Positions 8,805 through 18,546 of a DNA stretch of 64,000 bases are shown here, in pieces. Source of the stretch: Candidatus Thorarchaeota archaeon (lineage in GTDB: Archaea; Asgardarchaeota; Thorarchaeia; Thorarchaeales; Thorarchaeaceae); NCBI GenBank assembly GCA_004524445.1, contig SDNP01000002.1, positions 83,285 through 147,284 on the forward strand. The letters are read 5' to 3'. A program made the position numbers and the translations under genes. The stretch's first letter is position 1. Each line of letters starts with the position of its first letter. Under the pieces are notes generated by a model. That model was given only the letters and a program-made list of their open reading frames with translations, was not told where the DNA came from and made no database searches.

Positions 8805-11171
8805 CTATCTTGTAAGTCTGCTTGCTGCAACTGCCACTTGCCCAACTGAAATACCACCATCTCCAGGGGGAATTGAGTCTTGAAGGAGAGGCTCAAGCCC
8901 ATGACGATTCAATTCGGCTATTATTGCTCTTGTGATAATTCTATTCAAGGCAACTCCACCAGAAAATCCAACCTGTCGTATGCCATGATTATCAGCCGCT
9001 TGAGCTGCAATTCTGGCAAGCCCCCTTCCTACTGCTTGTTGTACTGCCATGGCCAGGTGTGATCTCTTTTCTCCTTGTTCTTTCATTTCAAGGAGTCGAA
9101 GAAGAAGATGCTCTGTGTCAAGCTGAGGACTTCCATTTGGTGATACTATATGTGGCTCAATTGATAGCTTTGTTGGCACAGCAACTGCTTCCAGTTTCAT
9201 TGGACACTCCCCATCATAGCTATTCTGGAAACATACTCCAAGAGCAAATGCAGCTGCATCTAGCACACGACCGGTACTGCTACTCTCAATCGTGTTTATA
9301 TTTTTGTCAAGGGCAATGAGCATCTGCTCGAAGGATTCCTCATTCATGCATATATCAGCTGCAACTTCTACATCTCGGACGTACCCAAACAACTCCTCTC
9401 TGCTTAACGAACCTCCTACGATTCCCATAAACGGTCGTGCCGCATATTTTGCTGATAGATCTCCACCAACATACAACTGAGGAGTCAAACCTCCAAACTT
9501 GGAGAAATGCCTCCCATTCCCAACTAGGACTTCTCCTCCCCATGCTTCGCCATTAGGCCCGTAGCCATAACCATCGGCTGTAATACAGATAATACTTGTA
9601 TCAGTCGTTAGTTTGTTATCAACTAGGATGGAAGCCAAATGAGCATGGTGATGCTGAACTTGGACCAAGGGAATATCCTTCTCTTGGGAGATGCGCCTTG
9701 CAAGATCAGTACTGAGAAACTCAGGATGTAAATCACAAGCAATACCATCAAGTTTCTCGACGCCAATGAGACTCATCAGATGTTGATACGCATCCCTAAG
9801 AAATTGAATATTCTCTAATTGGTCCGTATCACCAATGTATTGAGTAGGATATATGCTAGTTGCCTTCAGAATTGACGCGGTAGCTTTTTCTTCTGGACCC
9901 GTAGCAACAAGATTAAGACCATCACCAGGATAAGAAATTGGAATTGGTTCTGGCACATAACCTCTCGATCGTCTTATGAAGACAGAATTTTCATTAGTTA
10001 CGTACTTGATTACAGAATCATCAGCTCTTTGCCATATTCTTCTATCATGTACCAAGAAGTAGTCTGCAATCCCAGAGAGGTCTTTTCGCATTTTCTTTGG
10101 ATCGATGTACATCGGTATGCCAGTAGGGTTGGCACTTGTCAAAACAATGGCAGGTTCATCCATATAATGAAAGAGGAGATGATGAGAAGGAGCGTAGGGG
10201 AGCATAACACCTACGGTGTCCAGTCCGGGAGCTATGCTATCCAATGAATCTCGTGGTATTATATTCAACGCATTTTGTGACTCTCTTTTTCTAACAAGGA
10301 CAATAGGACGTCTCCACGAAAGAAGATCGTCTAATTCGTTCTCCGACGGATTGAAAGCAGACTCAACAATTGACTTGTTTCTGGCCATAATTGCGAACGG
10401 CCGCTGCTCTCTCATCTTCAATAAACGAAGTCTATTGATTGGCCTCGAGTTTCTAACCGCAGTGGCTAGATGAGTACCGGATATGCCTTGTACTGCCACG
10501 ATTGACCCCGACTCTATTAGCTCTGCCGCACTTTTCACTGCATTTTCTTTGGCAATATTGTTGCCCCTATCATTGAAAAGCTGGTATGTAGGACCACACT
10601 CCTCACATGCTGTTGTCTGTGCATGATATCTTCTATCCAACGGGTCTGTATAACCGGTATTACAAGTATTACATAACGGAAAATCAACCATGGTTGTGTG
10701 AGGTCTATCGTATGGAAGATCAGTGATAGTAGAGTATCTTGGTCCGCAAGCTGCACACGAAATGAATGGATAGAGATACCATCTCGATTGAGGATCGAAT
10801 AGCTCTTCAACACAAGTGTCACAGATCGAAATGTCGGGTGGAATCACTGGTTCCGCGTTACCAGTTTTTTTTGCAGAGGATTTGATTATGGAAAAATCGT
10901 CGAATGAGTTCTGCTTTGGCAACCATTCTGTGTCCAGTTGTTCAATTCTTGAAATGGATGGAGGGTTCTCTTTCAACTCATTAAGCAAAGACTTGATTCT
11001 TGTCTTCTTTCCTTCGACAACAATCTCAACACCTGCATCTCCTAGATTCAAAACATATCCTTTCAAGGATAGTCCCTTTGCCACTCGATATACAAATGGT
11101 CTAAATCCCACACCTTGTACAATTCCATTGATGTGGATTTTAGCTCTGACACTCAGTTTATGAAACCTCAC
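8805..11171 (-). CDS. hypF: Hydrogenase maturation carbamoyltransferase HypF
   Basis: Acylphosphatase GIVQGVGFRPFVY, two zinc fingers, RRSRGY, VQHHHAH and GDGGISVGQ. Confidence 0.95.
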   Translation of the reverse strand: MRFHKLSVRAKIHINGIVQGVGFRPFVYRVAKGLSLKGYVLNLGDAGVEIVVEGKKTRIKSLLNELKENPPSISRIEQLDTEWLPKQNSFDDFSIIKSSAKKTGNAEPVIPPDISICDTCVEELFDPQSRWYLYPFISCAACGPRYSTITDLPYDRPHTTMVDFPLCNTCNTGYTDPLDRRYHAQTTACEECGPTYQLFNDRGNNIAKENAVKSAAELIESGSIVAVQGISGTHLATAVRNSRPINRLRLLKMREQRPFAIMARNKSIVESAFNPSENELDDLLSWRRPIVLVRKRESQNALNIIPRDSLDSIAPGLDTVGVMLPYAPSHHLLFHYMDEPAIVLTSANPTGIPMYIDPKKMRKDLSGIADYFLVHDRRIWQRADDSVIKYVTNENSVFIRRSRGYVPEPIPISYPGDGLNLVATGPEEKATASILKATSIYPTQYIGDTDQLENIQFLRDAYQHLMSLIGVEKLDGIACDLHPEFLSTDLARRISQEKDIPLVQVQHHHAHLASILVDNKLTTDTSIICITADGYGYGPNGEAWGGEVLVGNGRHFSKFGGLTPQLYVGGDLSAKYAARPFMGIVGGSLSREELFGYVRDVEVAADICMNEESFEQMLIALDKNINTIESSSTGRVLDAAAFALGVCFQNSYDGECPMKLEAVAVPTKLSIEPHIVSPNGSPQLDTEHLLLRLLEMKEQGEKRSHLAMAVQQAVGRGLARIAAQAADNHGIRQVGFSGGVALNRIITRAIIAELNRHGLEPLLQDSIPPGDGGISVGQVAVAASRLTR

Positions 11172-11314
11172 TGTTCTGAATTCGTGTTATCGATATTAAT
11201 ACCATGAAGTGGCAAATAATCTCTGTATCGATATAATTGTATTACAAGTATTACAATTAGCAATCGACACTCACAGGTAGGTTTTCTTAAGGCATGGCAC
11301 ATACCCAATTGTGA

Positions 11315-11737
11315 ATGACATTGACTTCCTCAAGGACACCTCATCCGAAACCGGGGAGAGAACCCATAGCTACCCCCTCAATCCTCGCAAACATTCCCGA
11401 CTGTCTTCGGCAAATACTTGTCGAGGCCGCTGATAACTCAAAGAAGAGAAAGAAATCAATTCTGATATCTAGTAATAGTTTGGCTAATAGATTCATTCTA
11501 GAACGATGGGGAATACGACCATCTCAGCGCAGGAAATTCAGAAATCTATTTTCACAAATTCGCAAACACTGTAGGAAGATATTCGATCATCTTCTCAATA
11601 GGAAAAGAATGGAATTCGATATGAATTTGAATCGTTATTTGTTTGGAATCTACAAGTTCGATGAAATCCGCGGAAACACAATCCTTGCTTTTGTACAAGT
11701 TCCTGAGAGAGAAGGATGGACACTTCCCTGCAAGTAA
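11315..11737 (+). CDS. Hypothetical basic protein (140 aa)
   Basis: ATG-started and Arg/Lys-rich, fills the gap divergent from hypF, and is flanked on both sides by 9-bp tandem arrays. Confidence 0.6.
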   Translation: MTLTSSRTPHPKPGREPIATPSILANIPDCLRQILVEAADNSKKRKKSILISSNSLANRFILERWGIRPSQRRKFRNLFSQIRKHCRKIFDHLLNRKRMEFDMNLNRYLFGIYKFDEIRGNTILAFVQVPEREGWTLPCK

Positions 11738-11914
11738 TATGTGTAATACAGTGAAACCTAAGCAAAATCTTTATCCACTATTCGGCGTATACAAAAACGT
11801 ATCCGTAGAGAGTAACAGAAAACCGATTTGACAAAGTCCTCTCATAACTCTTTAAAATAGAAAATAGAGGATTATGAGCCCTTTTCAAAAAACCTCGTTC
11901 TCTCCAAAAATCAG

Positions 11915-12463
11915 GTGGAGATTATGACTCAAGGCACCAACGACGTGAATTTCGAGAAGATAAGGAAGGCTTCCCAGGGCACCAAGAGAGTGCTAAGGGA
12001 ACCAATCATGAAGTCATTACTACAAAATTCCCTCCTCACGGAAACGCAACTAGAAACGCTCCTAATTGATTTGCTTGTCGAAGACAATTTCGGTAAGCAC
12101 ATTCCGTATGATACGAAGGCCTCACTGCGTACAACTGAAAATGGCAAGGGTGTTTCTAGAGGAGCATTCAATAGGACACTTCAACAAGCTCGCGAAAATA
12201 TTACAAAAAGCATCTACACCATGCTTCTGTTAGGATACCTTGGTCTATTTGAAATTGCCATATTTCGGCCATTTGAAGAAGTTGCAGCCAAGATAGGCGA
12301 CTATAGACATATCAGGGAGGTATTGGCAGGAAGAGAAAAGTTAACAGAAGAGGATCTTGAGAGTCATAGGGCCGCAGAAGAAACAATCATTTCTGCACTC
12401 CATGAGCTGGCATCGCCACTGAATCTTAAAACTGAACTATCAAAAGAGACTGGATCTGAATAG
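11915..12463 (+). CDS. Archaeal hypothetical protein with HTH-like segment
   Basis: SLLTETQLETL...GVSRGAFNRTLQQARENI resembles a sigma-region-4/LuxR-like HTH and is followed by a hydrophobic helix. Start may be ATG 11924. Confidence 0.65.
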   Translation: MEIMTQGTNDVNFEKIRKASQGTKRVLREPIMKSLLQNSLLTETQLETLLIDLLVEDNFGKHIPYDTKASLRTTENGKGVSRGAFNRTLQQARENITKSIYTMLLLGYLGLFEIAIFRPFEEVAAKIGDYRHIREVLAGREKLTEEDLESHRAAEETIISALHELASPLNLKTELSKETGSE

Positions 12464-12929
12464 AGTCTCCGTGCAAGCTTCTTCCGTATTATTCCAGGAA
12501 TCAATGATTGCGAAGTAAAAAAATTGGCACGAATGTGTCGTGTTTTATGACTGAACTCGTAAGCGACGAGTAGTTCCGCACAGTCCTACCTACACTGTAT
12601 CTACTTGGAGGTATATTTGTATGAGGAGATAGAGATAGCAATGCAAGTTGAGATCTGTGACTTATGAAACAAACCTCGAAACCAGCATTCAATCATTACT
12701 CCACAACACACTCACTCTATATAGGAATACATTGATACATAGTTCTAATCATAGAACAAGCATTTTTGGCACTATTATTCGTATTTTTAATAGTAATAAA
12801 TTATTTACAGAAAAATTTGCACGAATCATATTATTATTTGTAATACAAATAATACGTCACCCCCTCATTTTGAAAAGTAATCTTGTTTTAATACAAAATG
12901 AACACATGAACAGTGGTAGTGAATAGAGA

Positions 12930-14144
12930 TTGGATTACAGTAAGGCACGAAAACGATTACGGGAACAAGTGAGGAAGAAAATCCAGCAGCTATCGGAAAT
13001 CGAGCTCAGTAAAGCAATAACTAATGCCATTGGCGAGAGGCGGATTAGGGATTTAATTGATTATCTTATTGGTATTGAATTAGAGGAGGGTTGGAACCAA
13101 TCTCTAGACTATTTGGGGGATTCACTAAATCGAGAGTATGAAATCCCTCCACTGACCGGAAGGAAGACAAGAAGAATGGAACCCCTCAAATTTCGGGAAG
13201 TCCTTTTTTCTATCTTCGATTGCCAAGGGCTAGAAGCAATCAATATAGACACCATGACCATAATCTCAAAACTCCATAATGCACAATCAATCACAAATGC
13301 AGAGATATTCTTTAAAGAAATAGTTAATGAAAAACTTCAGTGTCATTTGAAGGATTCCAACCTTCTCTTCATTAATATCGATGGTGTGAAATCTTACCTT
13401 GACACCAACCTGATAAATCAGATCCATGAAAAGATGGAGGAAAACCTGTTGTCAGTTTCACTGAAGAGCAATTCCGAGTCGGTTGACATATCACCATTAT
13501 GGTACACAGAGTATGGTCGGACAGCTCTGTGCAGACTTGGGATACAGGGAAGCCATATCGACAAACAAACACTCGACATGGTATTATCCGTATTACCAGT
13601 ATCACAAACTGTTCGGGGCAATATTACTAATAATATGCATGCAAGACGCCTGAATCCTCCCCTGAATGATGAATATCAATCTCTGCTTAGAGCAATGATT
13701 GAGCAAGATATTATGACTCTTGCAAAACTTGGTAGTCGAAATGCGATTCCTCTCATGAACTACTTGCTTGAAGAATCTGTTGACACTTTTAATTCAGAAT
13801 ACACCTCCCAAAAATATTCCAAAATAGCAGAGCAGTTATCCAATCATTTGTTTATCCGGTCAATCGATTCTATCCTGTCGTTTGAAAAGATGACAAGGGC
13901 CGATGATCATCGCATCTCAAGTCTAGCAATTATTGCTCTAGGCAACTACTACCACGAATCCGCAGTTATCATCTTGGCAGAAATACTGTGCAGAACAAAA
14001 AACAGTGATCTTGTAAACTACGCATCACAATCACTTAGACGGATCAAGAGCAAATTTCCTGAAACCAAACCTATACTCAAGAAATTGATGGATACTATGC
14101 ACAATAATTGCAAGCCGCTCAGACAATTTTTGGAGAGTTACTAA
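12930..14144 (+). CDS. Hypothetical alpha-helical protein with C-terminal HEAT-like repeats
   Basis: 404-aa ORF with HEAT-like pattern ISSLAIIALGNY...AVIILAEIL...VNYASQSLRRI. Confidence 0.6.
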   Translation: MDYSKARKRLREQVRKKIQQLSEIELSKAITNAIGERRIRDLIDYLIGIELEEGWNQSLDYLGDSLNREYEIPPLTGRKTRRMEPLKFREVLFSIFDCQGLEAINIDTMTIISKLHNAQSITNAEIFFKEIVNEKLQCHLKDSNLLFINIDGVKSYLDTNLINQIHEKMEENLLSVSLKSNSESVDISPLWYTEYGRTALCRLGIQGSHIDKQTLDMVLSVLPVSQTVRGNITNNMHARRLNPPLNDEYQSLLRAMIEQDIMTLAKLGSRNAIPLMNYLLEESVDTFNSEYTSQKYSKIAEQLSNHLFIRSIDSILSFEKMTRADDHRISSLAIIALGNYYHESAVIILAEILCRTKNSDLVNYASQSLRRIKSKFPETKPILKKLMDTMHNNCKPLRQFLESY

Positions 14145-14231
14145 CCAACTCAACACAGAAATCATGTATTATATGTAATACAAAGCTAAATCACAACAGA
14201 ATTAAAACTGTAGTGGTAGTGAACCAGTCCC

Positions 14232-15620
14232 ATGAGCGGTACATTAGATTCCAATGCAATGCAGATTGGCAAATTTTTCAATCCAAATAGTGTTGCCTTG
14301 GTCGGAGCTTCGGCTGATTATAGAAAACTGGGAAATTCAATTCTCATGAACTTACTTGCGTCAGAGGTAGAAGTATATCCTGTCACTCGAAGTAGAACCC
14401 AGGTTCTGGGAGTAAAGGCATATCCCAGTCTCATAGATTTGCCGAAGAGAGTTGATCTCGTTATCATTGCAGTTGCCGCCAAATATTGTCCCAATCTGAT
14501 GCAAGATGTAAGGCAGGCAGGTGCTCACCATGCTGTGATAATCTCTGGAGGTTTCAGTGAAACTGGTGATGAAGGAGCTAAACTGGAAGAGCTTCTTGTG
14601 GAAGAAGCCAAGAAGAATGAAGTACGGATTATTGGTCCAAATTGCGTTGGGGTTTCCAACAGTCGTTTATTCAATGGCACATTTACGATGATGCCCGAAA
14701 GAGGTAATATCGCCTTAATTTCGCAAAGTGGTGCTCTTGGTGGAATGCTGATATACACGACACGGTCGAAACGAATAGGGATGAGTAAGTTCGCAAGTAT
14801 TGGAAATGCAGCTGATGTTGAATTTACCGAGCTACTCGATTATTTCAGTAAGGACCCAAAGACATCTGTTATCGCTGTCTATATTGAGGGTGTCGAACAT
14901 GGCCGTGCACTTTACGAGTCATTAAGAACTGCATCGCGGAAAAAACCCGTAGTGGTTCTTAAGGGTGGAAAAAGCAAAGCGGGAAGCAAAGCAACGCTGA
15001 GCCACACAGGGTCTCTTGCCGGGTCACCTCGATTGTTTGATGGGATGATTAAACAAGCAGGTTGTGTTTGTGCACCCACCTTTGACTCGTTCTTGGAAGT
15101 CTGCAAGTTATTTGACTATCAGCCTCTGCCACAAGGTCGTAATATTGGTATTATCAGTAATACAGGGGGTGCCGCAGTCTTAGCAACTGACGCTGCATCC
15201 GCATTGGGGCTCAAGATACCTACACTTGAAGAATCCACAATGAAAGAAATGAGACAAGCAATGTCACCAATGGCATCCGTTGAAAATCCTGTTGATGTTG
15301 TGGCAAGCGGGGGTAGAAGAGAATACAAACTGGCAACAAAGTTAATGCTGGAAGATAACCATGTTGACATGCTATTGGTAATCTGTGGAGTCCCAACTTT
15401 TGCGGGAATGACTCAGACAGAGCATGCTGCTGGTACGTTGGAGGGAATTAGGACTGCAAATAACAACAAACCCGTTGTTGGTGTTTGGCTTTCAGGAGAT
15501 GTGGGTAAACCTGGAAAGGATCTACTTGAGATGAATCGAATTCCTTGTTATGACGATCCTTCACTGGCGGCGTTATGCATGGAACGAGTTGCTTCATATT
15601 CACTTCATGAACAGAGGTAG
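14232..15620 (+). CDS. acdA: Acyl/acetyl-CoA synthetase (ADP-forming) alpha subunit
   Basis: FFNPNSVALVGAS, IIGPNCVG, SQSGALG, SHTGSLAG (phospho-His) and ENPVD. Confidence 0.9.
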   Translation: MSGTLDSNAMQIGKFFNPNSVALVGASADYRKLGNSILMNLLASEVEVYPVTRSRTQVLGVKAYPSLIDLPKRVDLVIIAVAAKYCPNLMQDVRQAGAHHAVIISGGFSETGDEGAKLEELLVEEAKKNEVRIIGPNCVGVSNSRLFNGTFTMMPERGNIALISQSGALGGMLIYTTRSKRIGMSKFASIGNAADVEFTELLDYFSKDPKTSVIAVYIEGVEHGRALYESLRTASRKKPVVVLKGGKSKAGSKATLSHTGSLAGSPRLFDGMIKQAGCVCAPTFDSFLEVCKLFDYQPLPQGRNIGIISNTGGAAVLATDAASALGLKIPTLEESTMKEMRQAMSPMASVENPVDVVASGGRREYKLATKLMLEDNHVDMLLVICGVPTFAGMTQTEHAAGTLEGIRTANNNKPVVGVWLSGDVGKPGKDLLEMNRIPCYDDPSLAALCMERVASYSLHEQR

Positions 15621-15647
15621 ATATGTTTCTGTAATACAATTATTACC

Positions 15648-15938
15648 TTAGCTTTCAAGATGAACTCCAGCGATATTTGGAAATTCTTCCTGAACTGCAT
15701 CTCTCAGCTTGCGTTCTACCCACATGCTCAGATTAATTGCCCGTTCTGTTCTTACAGCCTGGAGGCAGGACCTCAGGTCTGTACTAACGCTAAAAGACAT
15801 GATTGGACTATTCCTTTCTTTATTTGGAACGGCTACACTTTCTTGTTGCTTAGCTTCTGCAGTGGTTTCAATTTCTTCCTCTGTTGTATCCTTGTCGCGT
15901 TTCTCCTCTTCTTTCCTATATTTTCCTAAGAGACTCAA
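15648..15938 (-). CDS. Ribbon-helix-helix DNA-binding protein with charged disordered N-terminal tail (SegB/ParG-like architecture)
   Basis: Beta strand IMSFSVS, helix TDLRSCLQAVRTE, turn AINLS and helix MWVERKLRDAVQEE. The TTG start abuts the upstream stop and is preceded by GGAGGT. Confidence 0.7.
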   Translation of the reverse strand: MSLLGKYRKEEEKRDKDTTEEEIETTAEAKQQESVAVPNKERNSPIMSFSVSTDLRSCLQAVRTERAINLSMWVERKLRDAVQEEFPNIAGVHLES

Positions 15939-16913
15939 CTATCTTACCTCCTTCAATATACTTGCATACGCCTCTGAAACCAATCTGGCAATTTCCACAT
16001 TTATTTCAGGGCTACCACTCTCCCGAAGGTTTTCAGCTGCAACCTGCTGGCACCCTCGAGCCAGCATACGAATATCCCGTGGATTTCCTCCTGCAGCATC
16101 ATTGATCACCTCAATTGCTTCTTCATGGAATGGATAAACATCAAAATCTGTAGGATCAAAGCTATCGATTTCCCCTTTAGCATACGCTATTCTTCTGCCA
16201 ATGAATTCTTTCGCTTTGCCGTCTTCGAGCTTCGGAATGTCCAACGGTTCTGTCCTATCAGCTATTTGAGGGAGAAAATTAAGCATTGCATTCCAATACT
16301 CTGCAGTTCCACTCATCACGAGTGTAACTATTGGTTCATCCAAGGTTCTGGGATACTCATCTTTCATTTCTTCCGTAGGAAGATCGGCAAGGTATCTGAG
16401 TTTGTGAAAGGCAGCCTCTTGATTATCTGCAACATCCTCGATGAAAAGAGCAGTTCTACTCTGTTCCTCTATGTAGCGACGTACACACTCCTTTGCAACC
16501 GCCTCTATAATTTGAGAAGACTCCCAAGAGCGTCTATACTTGATTCTCAACGAGTCGGCAATGGCAGCAGCCATTTGTTTCTCATATAGACCAGTCATTC
16601 CAACGTACCCTGTGACAAATTTATTTCCCCTTCTATCGGCCAATGTGGGAAGGTCTCTCAATGCCAATAACATTAGAGTACTCTTTCCCGAACCTACAGG
16701 GCCTCTAAGGAAAATATGACGTTCATTGGTTATTATTAGATCCACAATACTATCAAGAAAATCAGGGTGCTCCACATAGAGCCTCGAGTCCGGCATTTTG
16801 AATCCTCGAAATGGTGAGAATCTTGCGCCTATCTTCTCCTCCCACGCTCGAAGTGTTTCTTTTCGAGTATTGAAATGACGAATCAATGCGGATTCGTGAA
16901 CTGCAATTGTCAT
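15939..16913 (-). CDS. AAA+ ATPase of ExeA/TnsC-like (AAA_22) type
   Basis: Walker A GPVGSGKST, variant Walker B LFIED, sensor-I LVMSGT, arginine finger IADR and sensor-II GNPRDI. N-terminal SPF motif as in ExeA-like proteins. Confidence 0.85.
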   Translation of the reverse strand: MTIAVHESALIRHFNTRKETLRAWEEKIGARFSPFRGFKMPDSRLYVEHPDFLDSIVDLIITNERHIFLRGPVGSGKSTLMLLALRDLPTLADRRGNKFVTGYVGMTGLYEKQMAAAIADSLRIKYRRSWESSQIIEAVAKECVRRYIEEQSRTALFIEDVADNQEAAFHKLRYLADLPTEEMKDEYPRTLDEPIVTLVMSGTAEYWNAMLNFLPQIADRTEPLDIPKLEDGKAKEFIGRRIAYAKGEIDSFDPTDFDVYPFHEEAIEVINDAAGGNPRDIRMLARGCQQVAAENLRESGSPEINVEIARLVSEAYASILKEVR

Positions 16914-17106
16914 TGTTTCAATTCCTTTGTATCACAAGTAGTGTTTGTATTACAATATTTCGATGGCTTTTCCTACATAAATATTGCGAGAGAAGTCAGC
17001 TTCTGTATCATGGTCGTTTCCATACGGAACCTTTTTGAGCAACTACAAACTGCCAGAGAGCTAGCAGAGATAGAAACCTGTTTCTAACCTCTGGGAGGAA
17101 TAAGAA

Positions 17107-17385
17107 GTGAATCTAGATAGAATTCGACGAGTCCTTAATTCAATGATGATTTTTACTTTCCTAATTTTTGGAGCGCTCGTTGGGATAATATTCCTCTTAG
17201 ATACTCCTCTCACTAAATCCGTTGCCGCTCTCCCGTTCGCCTTTCTGTTTATATCTGCAATGACTCTCATCACAACCGGTCAGATTAAAGAGAAACCAAA
17301 GGCCGCAATGAAATATGTACAAGAGTGGCTTGCCATATGCATATTTGTCGTACTAATTGCAGCCGCAGTTTATCTCGTTTCCTAA
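17107..17385 (+). CDS. Small membrane protein (3 predicted TM helices)
   Basis: Three hydrophobic stretches. GGAGG lies upstream of the GTG start. Divergent from the AAA+/RHH operon. Confidence 0.7.
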   Translation: MNLDRIRRVLNSMMIFTFLIFGALVGIIFLLDTPLTKSVAALPFAFLFISAMTLITTGQIKEKPKAAMKYVQEWLAICIFVVLIAAAVYLVS

Positions 17386-17458
17386 TACAATAGTTTTAGC
17401 ACTTCATCTACCTCAACGATTTGCCTCAGCAACTAGTCAGTTATACAAAGAGAGAACT

Positions 17459-18096
17459 ATGAGTAAAATCCTGCCTGGAACAAAGACCACAAGGATGTAA
17501 TTACTTCGAATTAAGAACAGGAAAGAGCTTGGAGAACGAGGTCATAATCTGCTAAAAGAAAAGCGTGATGCATTGATTATGGAATTCTTCAATACCACAG
17601 CCGAAATAAAAAAGGCAAGACAGGGTGTGGAAGCTGCTCTCTTAGAAGCCTACTCTGACTTAACACAAGCCAAGATGATGATGGGCCCAGCTCGAGTAAA
17701 AGCATTCATCTATGCAAGCATGATGAAGAACAGGTTGAATATCAAAACCAGATTGCTTATGGGTGTTCGAGTACCTGTCTTGTCAGTTGAATAGGAAATA
17801 CCTGAATTGCCCATGCTTTAGCTGGCTCCAGTACCAAACTTGATATTATGGCTAAAAGATTCCAAGAGGCTTTGATTGCCATATTGGGACTAGCTGAAAT
17901 TGAATGGACCCTGAAGCGACTAGCACTTGAGATTGAACGAACTAAGCGACGAGTATCTGCTCTGGAAACCATTGTTTTACCTCGCTTGGAAGCAACCGCA
18001 CGGTTTGTCAGGCTGGCATTAGAGGATCGGGAAAGAGAAGAATCCATTCGCCTTAAGATAATCAGAAACCGGATGCAAGAAGAGAAGTCTGCTTAG
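17459..18096 (+). pseudogene. atpD: A/V-type ATP synthase subunit D pseudogene
   Basis: MSKILPGTKTTRM*LLRIK...RGHNLLKEKRDAL...MGVRVP...*...EIERTKRRVSALE. In-frame TAA at 17498-17500, TAG at 17792-17794 and a frameshift before 17848. Confidence 0.88.
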
Positions 18097-18470
18097 CTCT
18101 TTCTCAATTTCAATATTGCAGCGGCTAAATCGCCTTTTGTTTCTTCAAGAGTTTGCTTTGCCGTTTGAATATCTGTTCCAGTCTGTTCAGCAACCAGTGC
18201 TGCATCTTCCATGGGTATCTCAACTTTCTTCTCTTCAATCGGAGCTGCCTTGCCACCCTTTGTAATATCTCTCTCAGTTTTGGATCCGCTGATTTGATAG
18301 GACTCATTGCCAGCTTGTTTCACAAGCGCTACTTGTGGGTCTTCTATCACCCATTCCTTGTCAGCAAATCGAATGATCACTTCATTTACTCCATCAATGT
18401 CTTTTTGTTCTATGCCCATCTTCTTCATCATTCTAGCAAGTTGCTTAGGTGACAGTCCTCTGAAACCCAT
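18093..18470 (-). CDS. nac: Nascent polypeptide-associated complex protein
   Basis: LSPKQLARMMKKMGI...VNEVII and C-terminal UBA ...GDLAAAIL. Start trimmed to ATG 18470 (18485 also possible). Confidence 0.9.
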   Translation of the reverse strand: MGFRGLSPKQLARMMKKMGIEQKDIDGVNEVIIRFADKEWVIEDPQVALVKQAGNESYQISGSKTERDITKGGKAAPIEEKKVEIPMEDAALVAEQTGTDIQTAKQTLEETKGDLAAAILKLRKS

Positions 18471-18546
18471 TGTTTTTTTCCTCATGATATATTCGTGTTT
18501 ACATACTACACTAGGTTCAATTCTATCAAACGATAAAACAATTACG

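Noticed and set aside
12857-12880. ORB-like G-string (reverse complement AAAATGAGGGGGTG)
   Set aside because: The TCCAGTGGA dyad core is absent.
12501-12926. 63-aa and 92-aa ORFs in the AT-rich gap
   Set aside because: They overlap each other, have low-complexity AT-driven composition and show no recognisable motif.
15939-16913. Calling the ATPase ParA/SegA or Orc1/Cdc6
   Set aside because: It has no deviant Walker A (KGGxGKT), and it carries AAA+ sensor and arginine-finger motifs that ParA lacks. It has no C-terminal winged helix and reads GNPR rather than the GDAR typical of Cdc6.
17498-17794. Stop-codon recoding (Sec/Pyl) in atpD
   Set aside because: The first stop is TAA and there is also a frameshift, so pseudogenisation is simpler.
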